Assembly: GCA_964346295.1 (NCBI GenBank)
Contig: CAYFUG010000001.1
Span: 20,325-84,324 of the forward strand
Source: an uncultured Bdellovibrionales bacterium
GTDB lineage: Bacteria; Patescibacteriota; Minisyncoccia; Moranbacterales; DUUL01
Direction of reading: 5' to 3'
Length of the DNA: 64,000 nt
This document shows, in pieces, positions 1-9,979 of the stretch. A program made the position numbers and the translations under genes. The first letter of the stretch is position 1, and the number at the start of each line of letters is the position of its first letter. The notes beneath the pieces were generated by a model that saw only the letters and a list, made by a program, of their open reading frames with translations, had not been told where the DNA came from and made no database searches.

Positions 1-186
1 TAATATCGGAGTCAAGAAGAATCACCAGCTTGTCCGGAGTGAGTTATCCAATTTAGAAGAAAAACTCCGGAGGGTTTTTAGGGTACAGGCAGAATCTCAA
101 GTAAAAAAACAGAAGCGGAAATTGCTTGCCTGAATTAAATGTGATAACTTTAGAATTAATTAATCCTAAAAATTAACTCAAAAAAC

Positions 187-432
187 ATGAACGAAGGAGA
201 ATTCGGTGCCCCCCCCAGAAAGCCAAAGAGTGAAAAAGCTCCTGAAATGTCTCAAGAAGGAGGAGGTGTTATAAAAAAAGTAATGGAAGCACTGGAAATT
301 GATCCCGAATCAATAACTTTGACTCCAGATGAACATGAGGCTTTGCGACAAATAACAGACGAAACAAAAAGAGGGCCAATAGACACCGACGGAATTGCAG
401 AAATTTTAAGAAAGGCTAGGGACCGTAGCTAG
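187..432 (+). CDS. Hypothetical small acidic protein (81 aa), followed by a bidirectional intrinsic terminator
   Basis: ORF in track; hairpin aagccgc...gcggctt plus T-run at 451-496 immediately downstream. Confidence 0.4.
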   Translation: MNEGEFGAPPRKPKSEKAPEMSQEGGGVIKKVMEALEIDPESITLTPDEHEALRQITDETKRGPIDTDGIAEILRKARDRS

Positions 433-518
433 TAGCATCAAAATACTTCAAAAAGCCGCATCACCTTCGTTCAGGCAGCGCGGCTTTTTCTTTTCTCCTT
501 TCCTCAGGCCCACTCTGA

Positions 519-863
519 TCACCTCCAAAATTGAAAATAAGAGATCAAAGCTGCGGTGGTCAGAAGAACCAGAAAGGCGAAGGCGGAAACTAGGCACCAA
601 ATCCGCCTCGTCCTGCCCAGAGAATGCCTTCTGGCCTTTCCCCAAGCCCAGGCAACGGTCGCAGCAAGAAAGAAAACGAAGCCCTCCATCAAGCTGTCCT
701 TGATAAATCCGAAAACCACAAAAAGGACAGCAGCAGCAGCAAACAGCCTGTCCGTGGAGGCTTTTTCTTGATCATCTCTCACGCCAGAGACATCAGAACT
801 CATCTGACCTTCCTTCCTCCCTTTTTTGGGGATTTTAAAGTTTATTTTCTCTATTGTTGTCAT
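519..863 (-). CDS. Putative small membrane protein (114 aa, basic N-terminus, about 3 hydrophobic helices)
   Basis: Three clear hydrophobic segments; convergent with 187..432 and shares the bidirectional terminator at 451-496; no recognisable SD. Confidence 0.3.
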   Translation of the reverse strand: MTTIEKINFKIPKKGRKEGQMSSDVSGVRDDQEKASTDRLFAAAAVLFVVFGFIKDSLMEGFVFFLAATVAWAWGKARRHSLGRTRRIWCLVSAFAFLVLLTTAALISYFQFWR

Positions 864-1029
864 TTTTTGACATTTTTGTCAACCTTTTTAGCCTTGGATT
901 GTTACTTTTGTCAATATTGAAAAATTGACCTTTTTTCTGTATTCTAAGTACTGATTACTCAATCATCCTTAACACTCCAGGGGCACTTGGAAAATAGTTT
1001 TAATTTTACCTACAATCCCTTAAAATAAA

Positions 1030-3063
1030 TTGTATCCGATGCTGTTAACTATCCTTACCAAGCTCATTCTCTCGCTGCTAATTGTTCTTGTAATTCCAGG
1101 TTTTTTTTTACTACTCGCCCTTTTTGGTCATTACGCTAGAAAAATCTCCTCCCTGGAAAAACTAGTTTACTCTTTTGCCCTCAGCCTCACTGCCACCAAT
1201 CTTTTAATGCTATTACTAGGTTTTTTTGATATTCCCCTTACTCGCCTTTCTTTGTTAGGAGCTTTTTTAGCTTTCTCTTTGGGGTGTGGAGGTTATTATT
1301 ACTGGAAAAAATCCCAAGTAAGCTCCTCCCGAAAGCAAACAACAAAGCTTTCCTCCCCTCCTCCCTCTACTATTTTCTCCTCTTTAAGTAAATTCTCCTA
1401 TCGCCAAATTGTTCTTTTTGGCATCTTACTGCTCCTTTTGGTTTCTTTGCGTGGTTTTTATTTAAGTCGAGGAATTATTCCTCAAACTACCGACCTAGGC
1501 CACCATGTTTACTGGACTAAATTAATCACTCAAACCGGAGAGTTGCCTAACTACGGCATGCCGGATTTCATTATTGGAGAACACCTCCCGATGGCCGCGG
1601 TCGGAATTCTTTCTGGTATTGACTTCATAAGCGCTTTTCCAGTACTAGTACTCTTCTGGATTAATATCTTCTCTTTACTAGCAACTGCCGTTTTAGTTTT
1701 TGAAATTGTCCAAAGCCTCACCTCTCGTTACTCTCTTTGGCCTAAACGAGGCTTCTTCTTGGCTCTGCTGATCGGAGGAGTCTTTTACGCTATTTCCTCC
1801 CCTCAAGCCAAATTTGTCTCGGGAGGCGTAGTAGGAAATGTTACTGGTAATTTATTTATTCCCTTGATCTTCCTCCTACTACTGAAGATTTGGAAAACCC
1901 GAAGAGCTCCCTGGGCCAGTCTGTTAATTCTTTCCGGGGCCACTCTGGCTTACACTCATCACCTCTCTTCTTTTATTTTCCTTTATTCCCTCCTGGGAAT
2001 AATTATCACCTCTTCAGCCACTATTTTACTGGCCCACAGAGGTAGCTTAAAAAAATTCTGGGAGACCCTGAAAAAATTCTTAGCCCCTTTTTTCGCCCCT
2101 TCAAATCTCTTGCTTTTACTAGGTTTCTTTTTGATGCTCTTTTTTATCTGGACCCCTTCTTATTTAAATCCCGAGGCAGTGGACACTGCAGTGGGCACTC
2201 CTATTAAATCTACTCGGACCGGTTTTAGTCTAAGCCAAATCATGCTCAGTGTAGGAGCTTGGAACTTTTTTTACGGAGGCCTAGGAGGAATCCTGCTAAC
2301 TCTCTTGGGAGTAAAATGGCTTACTAAAAGAAAGGCAGCCTCCTTAGATTTAACTTCAGATCCTTCAGCTACTAGTAAAAATAACTCTTCTTTCTTGTTA
2401 CGAGCTCTATTTGCTCTGGCTGTAATTTTAGGCTGGGCGGGAGCAGTCTTTTTAATGAGTAACCAGCCAGATCTCACTAAAGTAGACATTCCCTCTCGGA
2501 GAATTGTTAGCTATTTCACTTATCCCTTGATTGTGCTAAGTTCCGTAATGATTTTATTGATCTTAGAAAAAACTCGAGGAACTCTTTCTCGTCCTTTGTG
2601 GTTTTTGGTTTTTTCTGTTCTTTTGATGACTGGATTACTTTCTGGTTTGGGTGATTTATCAGAATCCGCTCGGAGCAAAGAACCCAAAGAAAATCAACAA
2701 GTGATGCAGACTTACCGGGCCGCTCAGTACCTGAAAGAGCGATTGGACGACGAGGTAATCCTAAAAGACCATAACTACCTAGAAGGCGACAGCTGGATGA
2801 AAATATTCTTTATGCGGGATTACGAGTTTCCACTTTCTAGAGGCCTCTTAAAACGCTATGAGGATCCACTTAATCCTCGAGAAACCTGCACTCGAGACAT
2901 GATCAGCATTCCCGAAAGCGAGGAAGCGAAAGCCTGCTTTGCCGAAACTGGAGTGGAATATATTGTCCTAAAAAAAGGCTACGATACCGCTAACTTTGAA
3001 AATTCTCCTAATTTTTCCCCGGTTTACGTTTCCAATTCGGTGATGATTTTTAAGAGAAATTAA
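1030..3063 (+). CDS. Polytopic membrane protein (677 aa) with C-terminal soluble domain; GT-C-like glycosyltransferase (PMT/ArnT/YfhO-like architecture)
   Basis: More than 10 predicted TM helices over the first 520 aa, then a hydrophilic about 150-aa tail; neighbourhood of GT4 and flippase genes; family assignment is by architecture only. Confidence 0.5.
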   Translation: MYPMLLTILTKLILSLLIVLVIPGFFLLLALFGHYARKISSLEKLVYSFALSLTATNLLMLLLGFFDIPLTRLSLLGAFLAFSLGCGGYYYWKKSQVSSSRKQTTKLSSPPPSTIFSSLSKFSYRQIVLFGILLLLLVSLRGFYLSRGIIPQTTDLGHHVYWTKLITQTGELPNYGMPDFIIGEHLPMAAVGILSGIDFISAFPVLVLFWINIFSLLATAVLVFEIVQSLTSRYSLWPKRGFFLALLIGGVFYAISSPQAKFVSGGVVGNVTGNLFIPLIFLLLLKIWKTRRAPWASLLILSGATLAYTHHLSSFIFLYSLLGIIITSSATILLAHRGSLKKFWETLKKFLAPFFAPSNLLLLLGFFLMLFFIWTPSYLNPEAVDTAVGTPIKSTRTGFSLSQIMLSVGAWNFFYGGLGGILLTLLGVKWLTKRKAASLDLTSDPSATSKNNSSFLLRALFALAVILGWAGAVFLMSNQPDLTKVDIPSRRIVSYFTYPLIVLSSVMILLILEKTRGTLSRPLWFLVFSVLLMTGLLSGLGDLSESARSKEPKENQQVMQTYRAAQYLKERLDDEVILKDHNYLEGDSWMKIFFMRDYEFPLSRGLLKRYEDPLNPRETCTRDMISIPESEEAKACFAETGVEYIVLKKGYDTANFENSPNFSPVYVSNSVMIFKRN

Positions 3064-3091
3064 GACCTTAATCATAAGTCTCTCAAATAAT

Positions 3092-3583
3092 ATGCTGCCC
3101 AAATATCAATCGTTGCTCAGTAAAAGATATTACCCAACTTTAATAGTCCTGGCTCTTCTGGTTCTTTTTTCGGTGGGGCTATTTTGGTATGGAGAGGAAA
3201 CTATGCACGCCGCTCGTCAGGGCTACACTGTTTTGGCTTTCGAAAACCCATCCAGCAAAGACCTTCCCTGTTCAGATAAAATCAAGCCCTCCTCTTTGAA
3301 CTTGGATTTCTTTATTCACAACCAAGAAAAAGAAACTTATGACTATCAAATTGTAGTTAACTTGGACGGAGAGGAGATAGCCCGCTGGAGGGAAACTGTC
3401 CCTACGGGAGCTCGAGAAATGATTAAATTTAACAAGCTAGCTCTTCCAAAGGTTAGCCAACAGATCGCCCAGGAGATTTACGCCAACACTCCTTGCTCGA
3501 CGAAAAGAACTTTGACCTTCAAAGTCTCCTGGGATCAAGGCAAAAAACAAGAAACTCTTAGCAAAAAAATTAATTTTCAATGA
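3092..3583 (+). CDS. Hypothetical protein with N-terminal membrane anchor (163 aa)
   Basis: ORF; N-terminal hydrophobic helix; stop TGA overlaps start of next gene (ATGA). Confidence 0.5.
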   Translation: MLPKYQSLLSKRYYPTLIVLALLVLFSVGLFWYGEETMHAARQGYTVLAFENPSSKDLPCSDKIKPSSLNLDFFIHNQEKETYDYQIVVNLDGEEIARWRETVPTGAREMIKFNKLALPKVSQQIAQEIYANTPCSTKRTLTFKVSWDQGKKQETLSKKINFQ

Positions 3584-4752
3584 AAAAAATTCTTTTTTTT
3601 ACTCGCCCCTTGGCCCCACCCTGGGACGAAGCCTCTAAAAACTTAGCTCACGACATCGCCCTTCATTCTCAAAAGGAGGACTTTGATTATCAGCTTCTCA
3701 CCACTCCAAGCTATGCCAGTAAGCTCAAGCGGCGTTTTTCTCGAATTTCTCCCTTAGCGATTTATTCTTACCCGCAATTTTCTGCCACCGAGAAGATTAG
3801 GCTTTTGCGGTGGTTTTTTACCAAACCCCTGAAGGCAAACTTGATTCACTTTTTATTTACCCCCCGCAATTTAACCTCTGATTTAATTAAACGCCGCTTA
3901 AGAAAATTTGCTGGACCAACTGTTCAAACTATTGCTACCTTGAGCCCAACCTATTTTTCTAATCCTCGACTACTGAAAAAAGTCCTATTTGCTAAACTAA
4001 TCGTAACTCAGTCCCACCACACCCAAAAAAAAATACAACAGGCCGGAATTGAAAACACTGAAACTATCTATCCCGGTATCGACTTGGAAAAATTTTCTCC
4101 CGCCCCGGTCAATAAAAAATTAGCTCAAAAATTAGGGATCGACCCAGGAAAAGACTTGGTGCTGCTTTACGCCGGGGAATACACTCGCCTAGGAGGAGAC
4201 TTGGAAGATGTTATAGAAGCTTTCAAGTTAATCAAACAAGAAGAGGCGAAAGATCAATTCAGTAAGAAAACCAAATTGATCGTTGCCTGCCGCATCAAAT
4301 CGGCTGCCGATCGTACCAAAGAAAAAGAACTTCGAGAGATGATTGAAAAAAGCTCTCAAAGAAGTTACACTAAAGACATCATTCTTCCTGGTCATTGCAC
4401 CAACATGCCCGGCATTTACAATCTGAGTGGCATTCATCTCTTCCCGGCTCGCAAAATGGAAGGCAAGTTTGACATTCCTTATGTGGTTATTGAAGCGATG
4501 GCTTGCGGCAAACCCGTTATTGTTTCTGACCTGTCTATCTTGCAAGAATTTGTCACCGATAAAGAAAACGGCCTCATTACTCCCCAAGGAAAGCCCGAAA
4601 GGTTAGCTGAAAAAATCACCACTCTGGTTAAAAATGAGAGTTTGAGAGAAAAATTGGGCCAAAATGCCTATCAATACGCCCAAGAGAATTTTAATATTAA
4701 GAAAACAGCCAAAAAATATGAAGAAGTTTACCAAAAACTTCTTTCAAAATAA
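3580..4752 (+). CDS. Glycosyltransferase family 4 (GT-B, retaining)
   Basis: C-terminal EAMACGKPVIVSD motif typical of GT4/GT1 'E-x7-E' region. Confidence 0.8.
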   Translation: MKKILFFTRPLAPPWDEASKNLAHDIALHSQKEDFDYQLLTTPSYASKLKRRFSRISPLAIYSYPQFSATEKIRLLRWFFTKPLKANLIHFLFTPRNLTSDLIKRRLRKFAGPTVQTIATLSPTYFSNPRLLKKVLFAKLIVTQSHHTQKKIQQAGIENTETIYPGIDLEKFSPAPVNKKLAQKLGIDPGKDLVLLYAGEYTRLGGDLEDVIEAFKLIKQEEAKDQFSKKTKLIVACRIKSAADRTKEKELREMIEKSSQRSYTKDIILPGHCTNMPGIYNLSGIHLFPARKMEGKFDIPYVVIEAMACGKPVIVSDLSILQEFVTDKENGLITPQGKPERLAEKITTLVKNESLREKLGQNAYQYAQENFNIKKTAKKYEEVYQKLLSK

Positions 4753-4772
4753 CTCGACTCAATGCCCATTTC

Positions 4773-6287
4773 ATGCCTATCAAACCCAAAAAAGTCTCCG
4801 CTCATCAATTCGTACTGGAGCCCCCTCAAAAACCCAAAAAGGATGAACAGCAAGTCCCGGTCCAACTGAATGTTAGCGAAGATCTCCTACCCAACCAACC
4901 TACCTTGGAACAGCTAAAAAAAGTAGCCGCTGATCCTCATGCTTTCCAGCAAGTGGCCGCCTTGACAGATGTTCATCCCAAAAAGGGCCGCCGCAACCCC
5001 ACCGGCACCGCTGTTGCCACTCAAGGCGCCTTTCTACCTCAATTGGTCGATAGCGCTCCCAATTGCGGGATGCGGATGATTAAAACTCCCTTTGGCGAAG
5101 GCGATCTCACCAAAGATCAGCTTCACCGACTTTTTGAGGAGCTGGTGGAAGTCGTACCTACCAAGCGCTACATCGGCACTCCCCTGTCTCACAAGACTAT
5201 CTTAGATGTTTCTCGTCGGGGAGCCGCGGCCATCTTAGACTCTTACCGGAGAAAGGCTAATCAAGTCAATAATATTCAACAACAAGGCAATGCCTTCGAG
5301 GGGGAAAAGATCACTAACCAAGATCTTTTTGGCGCTATTCCTCGTCTCTTTTTTAGAATCGCTCAACTAAGGCTAGGAATCCTAGGGGCGGCTGGTAATC
5401 ACTTTTTAGACTTGATGAAGATTGAAGACATTCTGGACGAAAAAGTGGCCAACAAGTTTGACCTCAAAAAGGGTCAATATGTTTTTCTTTTGCACACCGG
5501 CAGCGGGATGTTCGGTCAGTACTGTAGTTATTTCTATATGCCCAAAAAGAAGGAGCACCTCAGTCAAAAGCTAATTACCGAAAGTGCTCGCTTTACTTTC
5601 TTGAATGATAAAATCGCCTGGCATCGACAACTAGAAGAGGAGCTTCCTTACTATCAAGACCAAGAAGAATTTTACGCTATCGACGAAAACAGTGAACTGG
5701 CTCGAAATTTTATGATTGCCCACCGCGCCGCCGCTAATCACGGAGTGGCTAACCGTACTTTACTGCAAATTCACATCGAAAACGCCATGGAGCGGGTCTT
5801 GAAAAAGAAATTAAAAAACCTGCCCTTGGTTTACGATATGACTCATATTTCTATTCGCAAAGAAAGACACTTCGAGAAAGATGTCTGGGTCCATCGCAAT
5901 GGCACTGTCCGAGCCTACGGACCAGAGCGAATGAAGGGCGCTAAACCCTACGAAGAGACCGGCGAGCCCATTTTTGCCCCCTCCTCCATGAGCACTCCCG
6001 CTTACTTAGGAGTAGGAACCGATGAAAATCAAGACACCTTTTTTAGCGCCTCCCACGGTACCGGCAAGTCTAAGGCTAAAACCTCGGAAGTCCCGGAAAG
6101 TAAATCTGCTCTCCATGCTAAAATGAAGGACCGCGGCATCCGGCTCTACAACGCTCAATCTCGGGGAATCTTAGAACAAGACGCCTCTCACTACAAGGAC
6201 ATTGAGGAAGGCATTGAGGGAATGCGAGAAAATAAAATTATGAAGCCGGTAGTCAAAATGAAACCGGTAGCGGTATTGATGTATTAG
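4773..6287 (+). CDS. rtcB: RtcB-family RNA 3'-phosphate/5'-OH ligase
   Basis: LTDVHPKKGRRNPTGTAVA (PDxHxG motif), NCGMRM (metal Cys), NFMIAHRAAANH, VHRNGTVRA (HRKGAT-like), SASHGTGKS (HGAGR-like nucleophile His region). Confidence 0.75.
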   Translation: MPIKPKKVSAHQFVLEPPQKPKKDEQQVPVQLNVSEDLLPNQPTLEQLKKVAADPHAFQQVAALTDVHPKKGRRNPTGTAVATQGAFLPQLVDSAPNCGMRMIKTPFGEGDLTKDQLHRLFEELVEVVPTKRYIGTPLSHKTILDVSRRGAAAILDSYRRKANQVNNIQQQGNAFEGEKITNQDLFGAIPRLFFRIAQLRLGILGAAGNHFLDLMKIEDILDEKVANKFDLKKGQYVFLLHTGSGMFGQYCSYFYMPKKKEHLSQKLITESARFTFLNDKIAWHRQLEEELPYYQDQEEFYAIDENSELARNFMIAHRAAANHGVANRTLLQIHIENAMERVLKKKLKNLPLVYDMTHISIRKERHFEKDVWVHRNGTVRAYGPERMKGAKPYEETGEPIFAPSSMSTPAYLGVGTDENQDTFFSASHGTGKSKAKTSEVPESKSALHAKMKDRGIRLYNAQSRGILEQDASHYKDIEEGIEGMRENKIMKPVVKMKPVAVLMY

Positions 6288-6337
6288 GGAAATTAACTAC
6301 AATAAGCTTCTTCCAAAAAAAATTAACCAAAAAAATA

Positions 6338-6856
6338 ATGCGCCCCGATGGACCTTTTAAATTTAACCTTACGAAACCCGAAAGTAACCGAGCCTTTAAG
6401 GATGAGGAGTTGAGAAGAAAATTTGAAGCAGCAGAAAACAAAAGAGATGCGAAAAAAAGAGCCACTCAAGAAGCAGCCGCTCCTCTTAAACCTACCGAAC
6501 AAGAAACCGTTGAGCAAGGAACGCATCCAGCAGCAGAAGGCTTTGACCCATCAAGCTTTGATTTTCTAACCGATCCTAGTGCAAATAGAAAACTCGCAAT
6601 AGAAATCAAAAAAATATTTGAACAAGCAGGAATCAGTCAAAGATTAGAAGTTGCAGCAAAAAGTATCGATTACAGAAGATGGGAGAGGGAAAAAGGCAGC
6701 ATAGACTACCCAACAGAATTAGGAAAAAGAATTGCTGTAGCAAAAAAAGATGCTTATGATGGAAGCAAAGGATTAAGTGAGGCCCTTTGGGAAGCCGAAG
6801 ATGCTATAGCAAAACTTGAAGCAATCGCAAAAGAATATCCTGCTGGTTCGAATTAA
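6338..6856 (+). CDS. Hypothetical protein (172 aa), followed by intrinsic terminator
   Basis: ORF; terminator hairpin gaggcatgccatggcgtgcctc plus T-run at 6884-6912. Confidence 0.5.
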   Translation: MRPDGPFKFNLTKPESNRAFKDEELRRKFEAAENKRDAKKRATQEAAAPLKPTEQETVEQGTHPAAEGFDPSSFDFLTDPSANRKLAIEIKKIFEQAGISQRLEVAAKSIDYRRWEREKGSIDYPTELGKRIAVAKKDAYDGSKGLSEALWEAEDAIAKLEAIAKEYPAGSN

Positions 6857-6997
6857 GCTATTCGAATCTAGCTTTTTACGAGCAGAGGCATGCCATGGCG
6901 TGCCTCTTTTTATGAACCATTTTCCAGCCCCCGCTTTGATTTTAATCTCGTTTTAGGTTAAAATAAAACTCGTAATTGCATTTAAAAATAAACTAAA

Positions 6998-7648
6998 ATG
7001 CTAACTCCAAAATCAAGATTGGCTCTTACTTCCTCACTCCTGTTTTTAGGCACTTTTTTGATACTAACTCTTCTGGCCGGAACAATCAGCTCCACCCCTG
7101 TCCAAGCCGCCCCCATTGACTACAGTTATGAAAACCCTATTCAGGTTAATAGCTTCAGTGGATGGCTGAGCAATCTCCTTGCTAATATCCAAGGAGTAGT
7201 AGGCTGGATTGCTGTTATCTTAATTGCCATCGGCGGCCTGGTTTATATCACCTCCGGCGGCTCTCAAGGTCAAGTCACCCTGGGTAAAACCATTATTACT
7301 TGGGCCTTGGTCGGCTTTGCCTTGGTAGTAGCTGCCCCCTCTCTTTTAAAAGAAGTTTATGCCATTGCTAAGGGAGACGCTGCTATTTCTGGCATTACTG
7401 ACCAAAGAAGTGTTTTGGACATGCTAACAGGTATTCTTAATTTTATTTTGCTGCTCATTGGAAGCCTCAGTCTAATCAGCTTTACCCTAGGTGGCTTTTT
7501 TTATGTTACTGCTGCTGGAGACTATTCTCGGCAAAACAAGGCCAAAGACATTATTGTCTACTCCATTATTGCCTTAGTAGTTTCTGGGTCCGGCATTATC
7601 GTCGTTAAGCAAGTCTTTAATGTTCTCTCCGCCGGAGGGGGCTCCTAA
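6998..7648 (+). CDS. Secreted/membrane protein with two TrbC/VirB2-like (T4SS-pilin-like) repeats
   Basis: Signal peptide, two repeats of hydrophobic helix - GGL(V/F)Y(I/V)T(S/A)GG - K - hydrophobic helix pattern. Confidence 0.5.
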   Translation: MLTPKSRLALTSSLLFLGTFLILTLLAGTISSTPVQAAPIDYSYENPIQVNSFSGWLSNLLANIQGVVGWIAVILIAIGGLVYITSGGSQGQVTLGKTIITWALVGFALVVAAPSLLKEVYAIAKGDAAISGITDQRSVLDMLTGILNFILLLIGSLSLISFTLGGFFYVTAAGDYSRQNKAKDIIVYSIIALVVSGSGIIVVKQVFNVLSAGGGS

Positions 7649-7665
7649 GTTAAGATAAAAATTCA

Positions 7666-7956
7666 ATGAAAAGTAAAGTTATTTTAATCCCTCATAATGG
7701 AGTAAAGCCATTAAACAATCTCGCTGGAACCAGATCGCTAATTAGATGCAAAAAGGCTCTGGAAGTCCTCAAGGAAAAAGATTTTGATTACATCATAACC
7801 TCAGGAGGCCTTGGACACAGACAATCAGTCCAAACAATTCCAGTAGCAGACTTAATGAAAAACTGGCTAGTAAAAAAAGGCATCTCTCAAAAAAATAACC
7901 TAGCTTCTTTCTCCCGACAGAATCTTCTTCGTAAACAGCTTAGGAATTTCAAATGA
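7666..7956 (+). CDS. Hypothetical short protein (96 aa), possibly a fragment
   Basis: ORF only; overlaps next gene start by 4 nt. Confidence 0.3.
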   Translation: MKSKVILIPHNGVKPLNNLAGTRSLIRCKKALEVLKEKDFDYIITSGGLGHRQSVQTIPVADLMKNWLVKKGISQKNNLASFSRQNLLRKQLRNFK

Positions 7957-8864
7957 ATCAATATTTAGCCCTAACAATAGTAACCATCACCGAGGCCACC
8001 ATTGGCGTTTTTGTCAAATTGGTGGGCGATAATGTTCCGATTTTATCTTTAAATTTTTATCGGGTATTTTTTGCCGCGCTACTTTTGGCTGCGGCCATGC
8101 CTTTCTTCAATCGTTCTTTTTGGAAGTTCCCCAAAAGGAATTTCAAGGATACGTTTATCATCGGGGCACTTATTGCCACTCAAATTTGCATTTTCAATAT
8201 CGCCATGACTTTGGCACCGATTGCTAATGTAGTAATTTTCTGGAGCATTTCTCCTTTTTTCGCCTTTATTTTTTCTCGAATCTTTCTTAAAGAACCAACC
8301 AAAAAAGAACATGTCTTTATTTTCTTGATTGCCATCTTGGGAGTCGCTATTGCTGAACCCATTAGTAACAACAGTGCCCACACCCTAGGTAATCTCATTT
8401 CCCTGGGTAGTGGAGTCGTTTATGCCGCCCTAGTAACCTACATGCGGCATGAAGGCAAAACCGAAGAAAACAGTGACATCTTTTGGTCGATCACCTTTGC
8501 TGCCCTCATCCTCTTGCCAGGATTACTAATTTCTGGACCTGGAAAACTCTTTAAACTATTAGATTACTCTGCCCTCCCTTTCGATGTCCCGGTAATTGCC
8601 TGGGTGATTGCCTTGGGAGTTTTTTCCACTGGCTTGGCCTACCTTTTTATCTCGGTAGCTATCAAAAAAATTAGCGCCAACATTTATTCCCTGGTTGATA
8701 CAGTAGTCTCCCCAATTATAGCAGCCTTCTTTGGATTTTTAGCCTTCGGAGAAGTTCCCTCTTCTAATATGGTTTACGGAGGAATTCTCCTAATAATCTC
8801 TGGTTTCTGGCTTACTCAACATATGCGTAAAAAATCCATCGAACCGGTAACTGTTAATAAGTAA
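7953..8864 (+). CDS. EamA/DMT-family transporter (two EamA repeats, 10 TM)
   Basis: Duplicated 5-TM architecture, 303 aa, typical DMT length. Confidence 0.8.
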   Translation: MNQYLALTIVTITEATIGVFVKLVGDNVPILSLNFYRVFFAALLLAAAMPFFNRSFWKFPKRNFKDTFIIGALIATQICIFNIAMTLAPIANVVIFWSISPFFAFIFSRIFLKEPTKKEHVFIFLIAILGVAIAEPISNNSAHTLGNLISLGSGVVYAALVTYMRHEGKTEENSDIFWSITFAALILLPGLLISGPGKLFKLLDYSALPFDVPVIAWVIALGVFSTGLAYLFISVAIKKISANIYSLVDTVVSPIIAAFFGFLAFGEVPSSNMVYGGILLIISGFWLTQHMRKKSIEPVTVNK

Positions 8865-9166
8865 CTGGGGCTCATACCATCGTTAGTTAAATTCTATGCT
8901 TATTATAGGCTTAAATCAAAAACTTTGAGTAAGAGCCTACTTGAAAAATCCAAGGAAGAAAGATGCGAGCGAGAGAATATGAAATTGAAGATAATTCCTC
9001 TTGTCTGAGTAGTTTAGATTTTTATCTGCAATCTTGTGAATCCTTGGAGCAATATTTAGCTAAAGAATCAAGCTGCGAGTCAGGAATTATCTTCAATTTC
9101 ATATTCTGGAGCGAGATCATCAATTCCAAAATCATTATTGACTTCAAAAAAATCCTTTTTTCAATG

Positions 9167-9766
9167 AAAATAATAACCATCTCCGGCCTAGACGGCTCCG
9201 GCAAAACCACCCAAGCAGACCTCCTAGAAAAACACTGGCAACAAACCGGCCGGCGAGTTTTATGTTTTCACTCCGCTCAATTCTCCATTGCTAACCGTCT
9301 TTTGATCAAGAAGGAAAAACGAGGCTCCGGTCAATCTCCCGCTGTCAGTAGAGCCAGTTGGCCTAAAATTTTCCTGCGCAAAATCGCCCTCTTGATTGAC
9401 ATCCTGCACTTTCGAATCCGCCTGTCTCTTTGGAGGCGCCGATTTGACTTTCTACTTGCTGACCGCTATTTTTTTGATCAACTGCTCAACATTGCCTTTT
9501 TAGAAAATAAACGCAATCTAGAAGAGTTTTCACCCCTAGAAGAAATCCTCACTCGCTTAATACCTCGCCCTAGTTATTGCTTTTTTATCGAACTGAATCC
9601 CCAAGAAATTCTTAAACGCAGCCGTGGGGTAGAGCAAGGCCTAGAGTACCTAAAAAAGAAAGCCCCTCTCTACCAATCCCTGACCCAACACCCTTTTTTC
9701 ATTAAGATTGACGGGAGCCAAGACAAACAGGCTATTTTTGAAAAGATTTTAGATAAGATTAAATAA
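9167..9766 (+). CDS. Thymidylate-kinase-like P-loop kinase (track ORF extends to 8963, but the P-loop domain starts at the Met at 9167)
   Basis: MKIITISGLDGSGKTTQ P-loop, LADRYFFDQ (DRY motif) as in Tmk/dNK family; the 68-aa N-terminal extension of the track ORF has no kinase features. Confidence 0.6.
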   Translation, partial: KIITISGLDGSGKTTQADLLEKHWQQTGRRVLCFHSAQFSIANRLLIKKEKRGSGQSPAVSRASWPKIFLRKIALLIDILHFRIRLSLWRRRFDFLLADRYFFDQLLNIAFLENKRNLEEFSPLEEILTRLIPRPSYCFFIELNPQEILKRSRGVEQGLEYLKKKAPLYQSLTQHPFFIKIDGSQDKQAIFEKILDKIK

Positions 9767-9852
9767 CTCCCTACTCCTTCTAGTTCTTAGAGCCTGTTTC
9801 AAAAATCGCTTTCGCAATGAAATTTTTAAATTTTTAGCAAAAGATTAGTCCT

Positions 9853-9957
9853 TCAGATTTTGAGTGAATCTTAGAGGGCAACCGAGTATCAAAGCGAGCC
9901 GCGCTAAAAGAAAAATACTGCAAGTAAGACGCCAGGGCTTCGACAGCGAAATTCGCC
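9853..9957 (+). repeat. Probable degenerate copy G of the dispersed repeat
   Basis: gattttgagtgaatcttagagggcaaccgag...gcgagccgcgc...gacagcgaaattcgcc resembles copy B 5' and 3' modules. Confidence 0.35.
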
Positions 9958-9979
9958 AAAACATTAAGACTCCCAACCA

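Noticed and set aside
448-920. Overlapping ORFs 448..645(-), 556..771(+), 624..920(+)
   Set aside because: They overlap one another and the more plausible 519..863 membrane ORF or the promoter region. They show no SD and low-complexity composition, so they are most likely noise.
6841-6870. GGTTCGAAT-like T-loop motif suggesting a tRNA
   Set aside because: It lies inside the end of CDS 6338..6856. No acceptor, D or anticodon stem pairing could be built around it.
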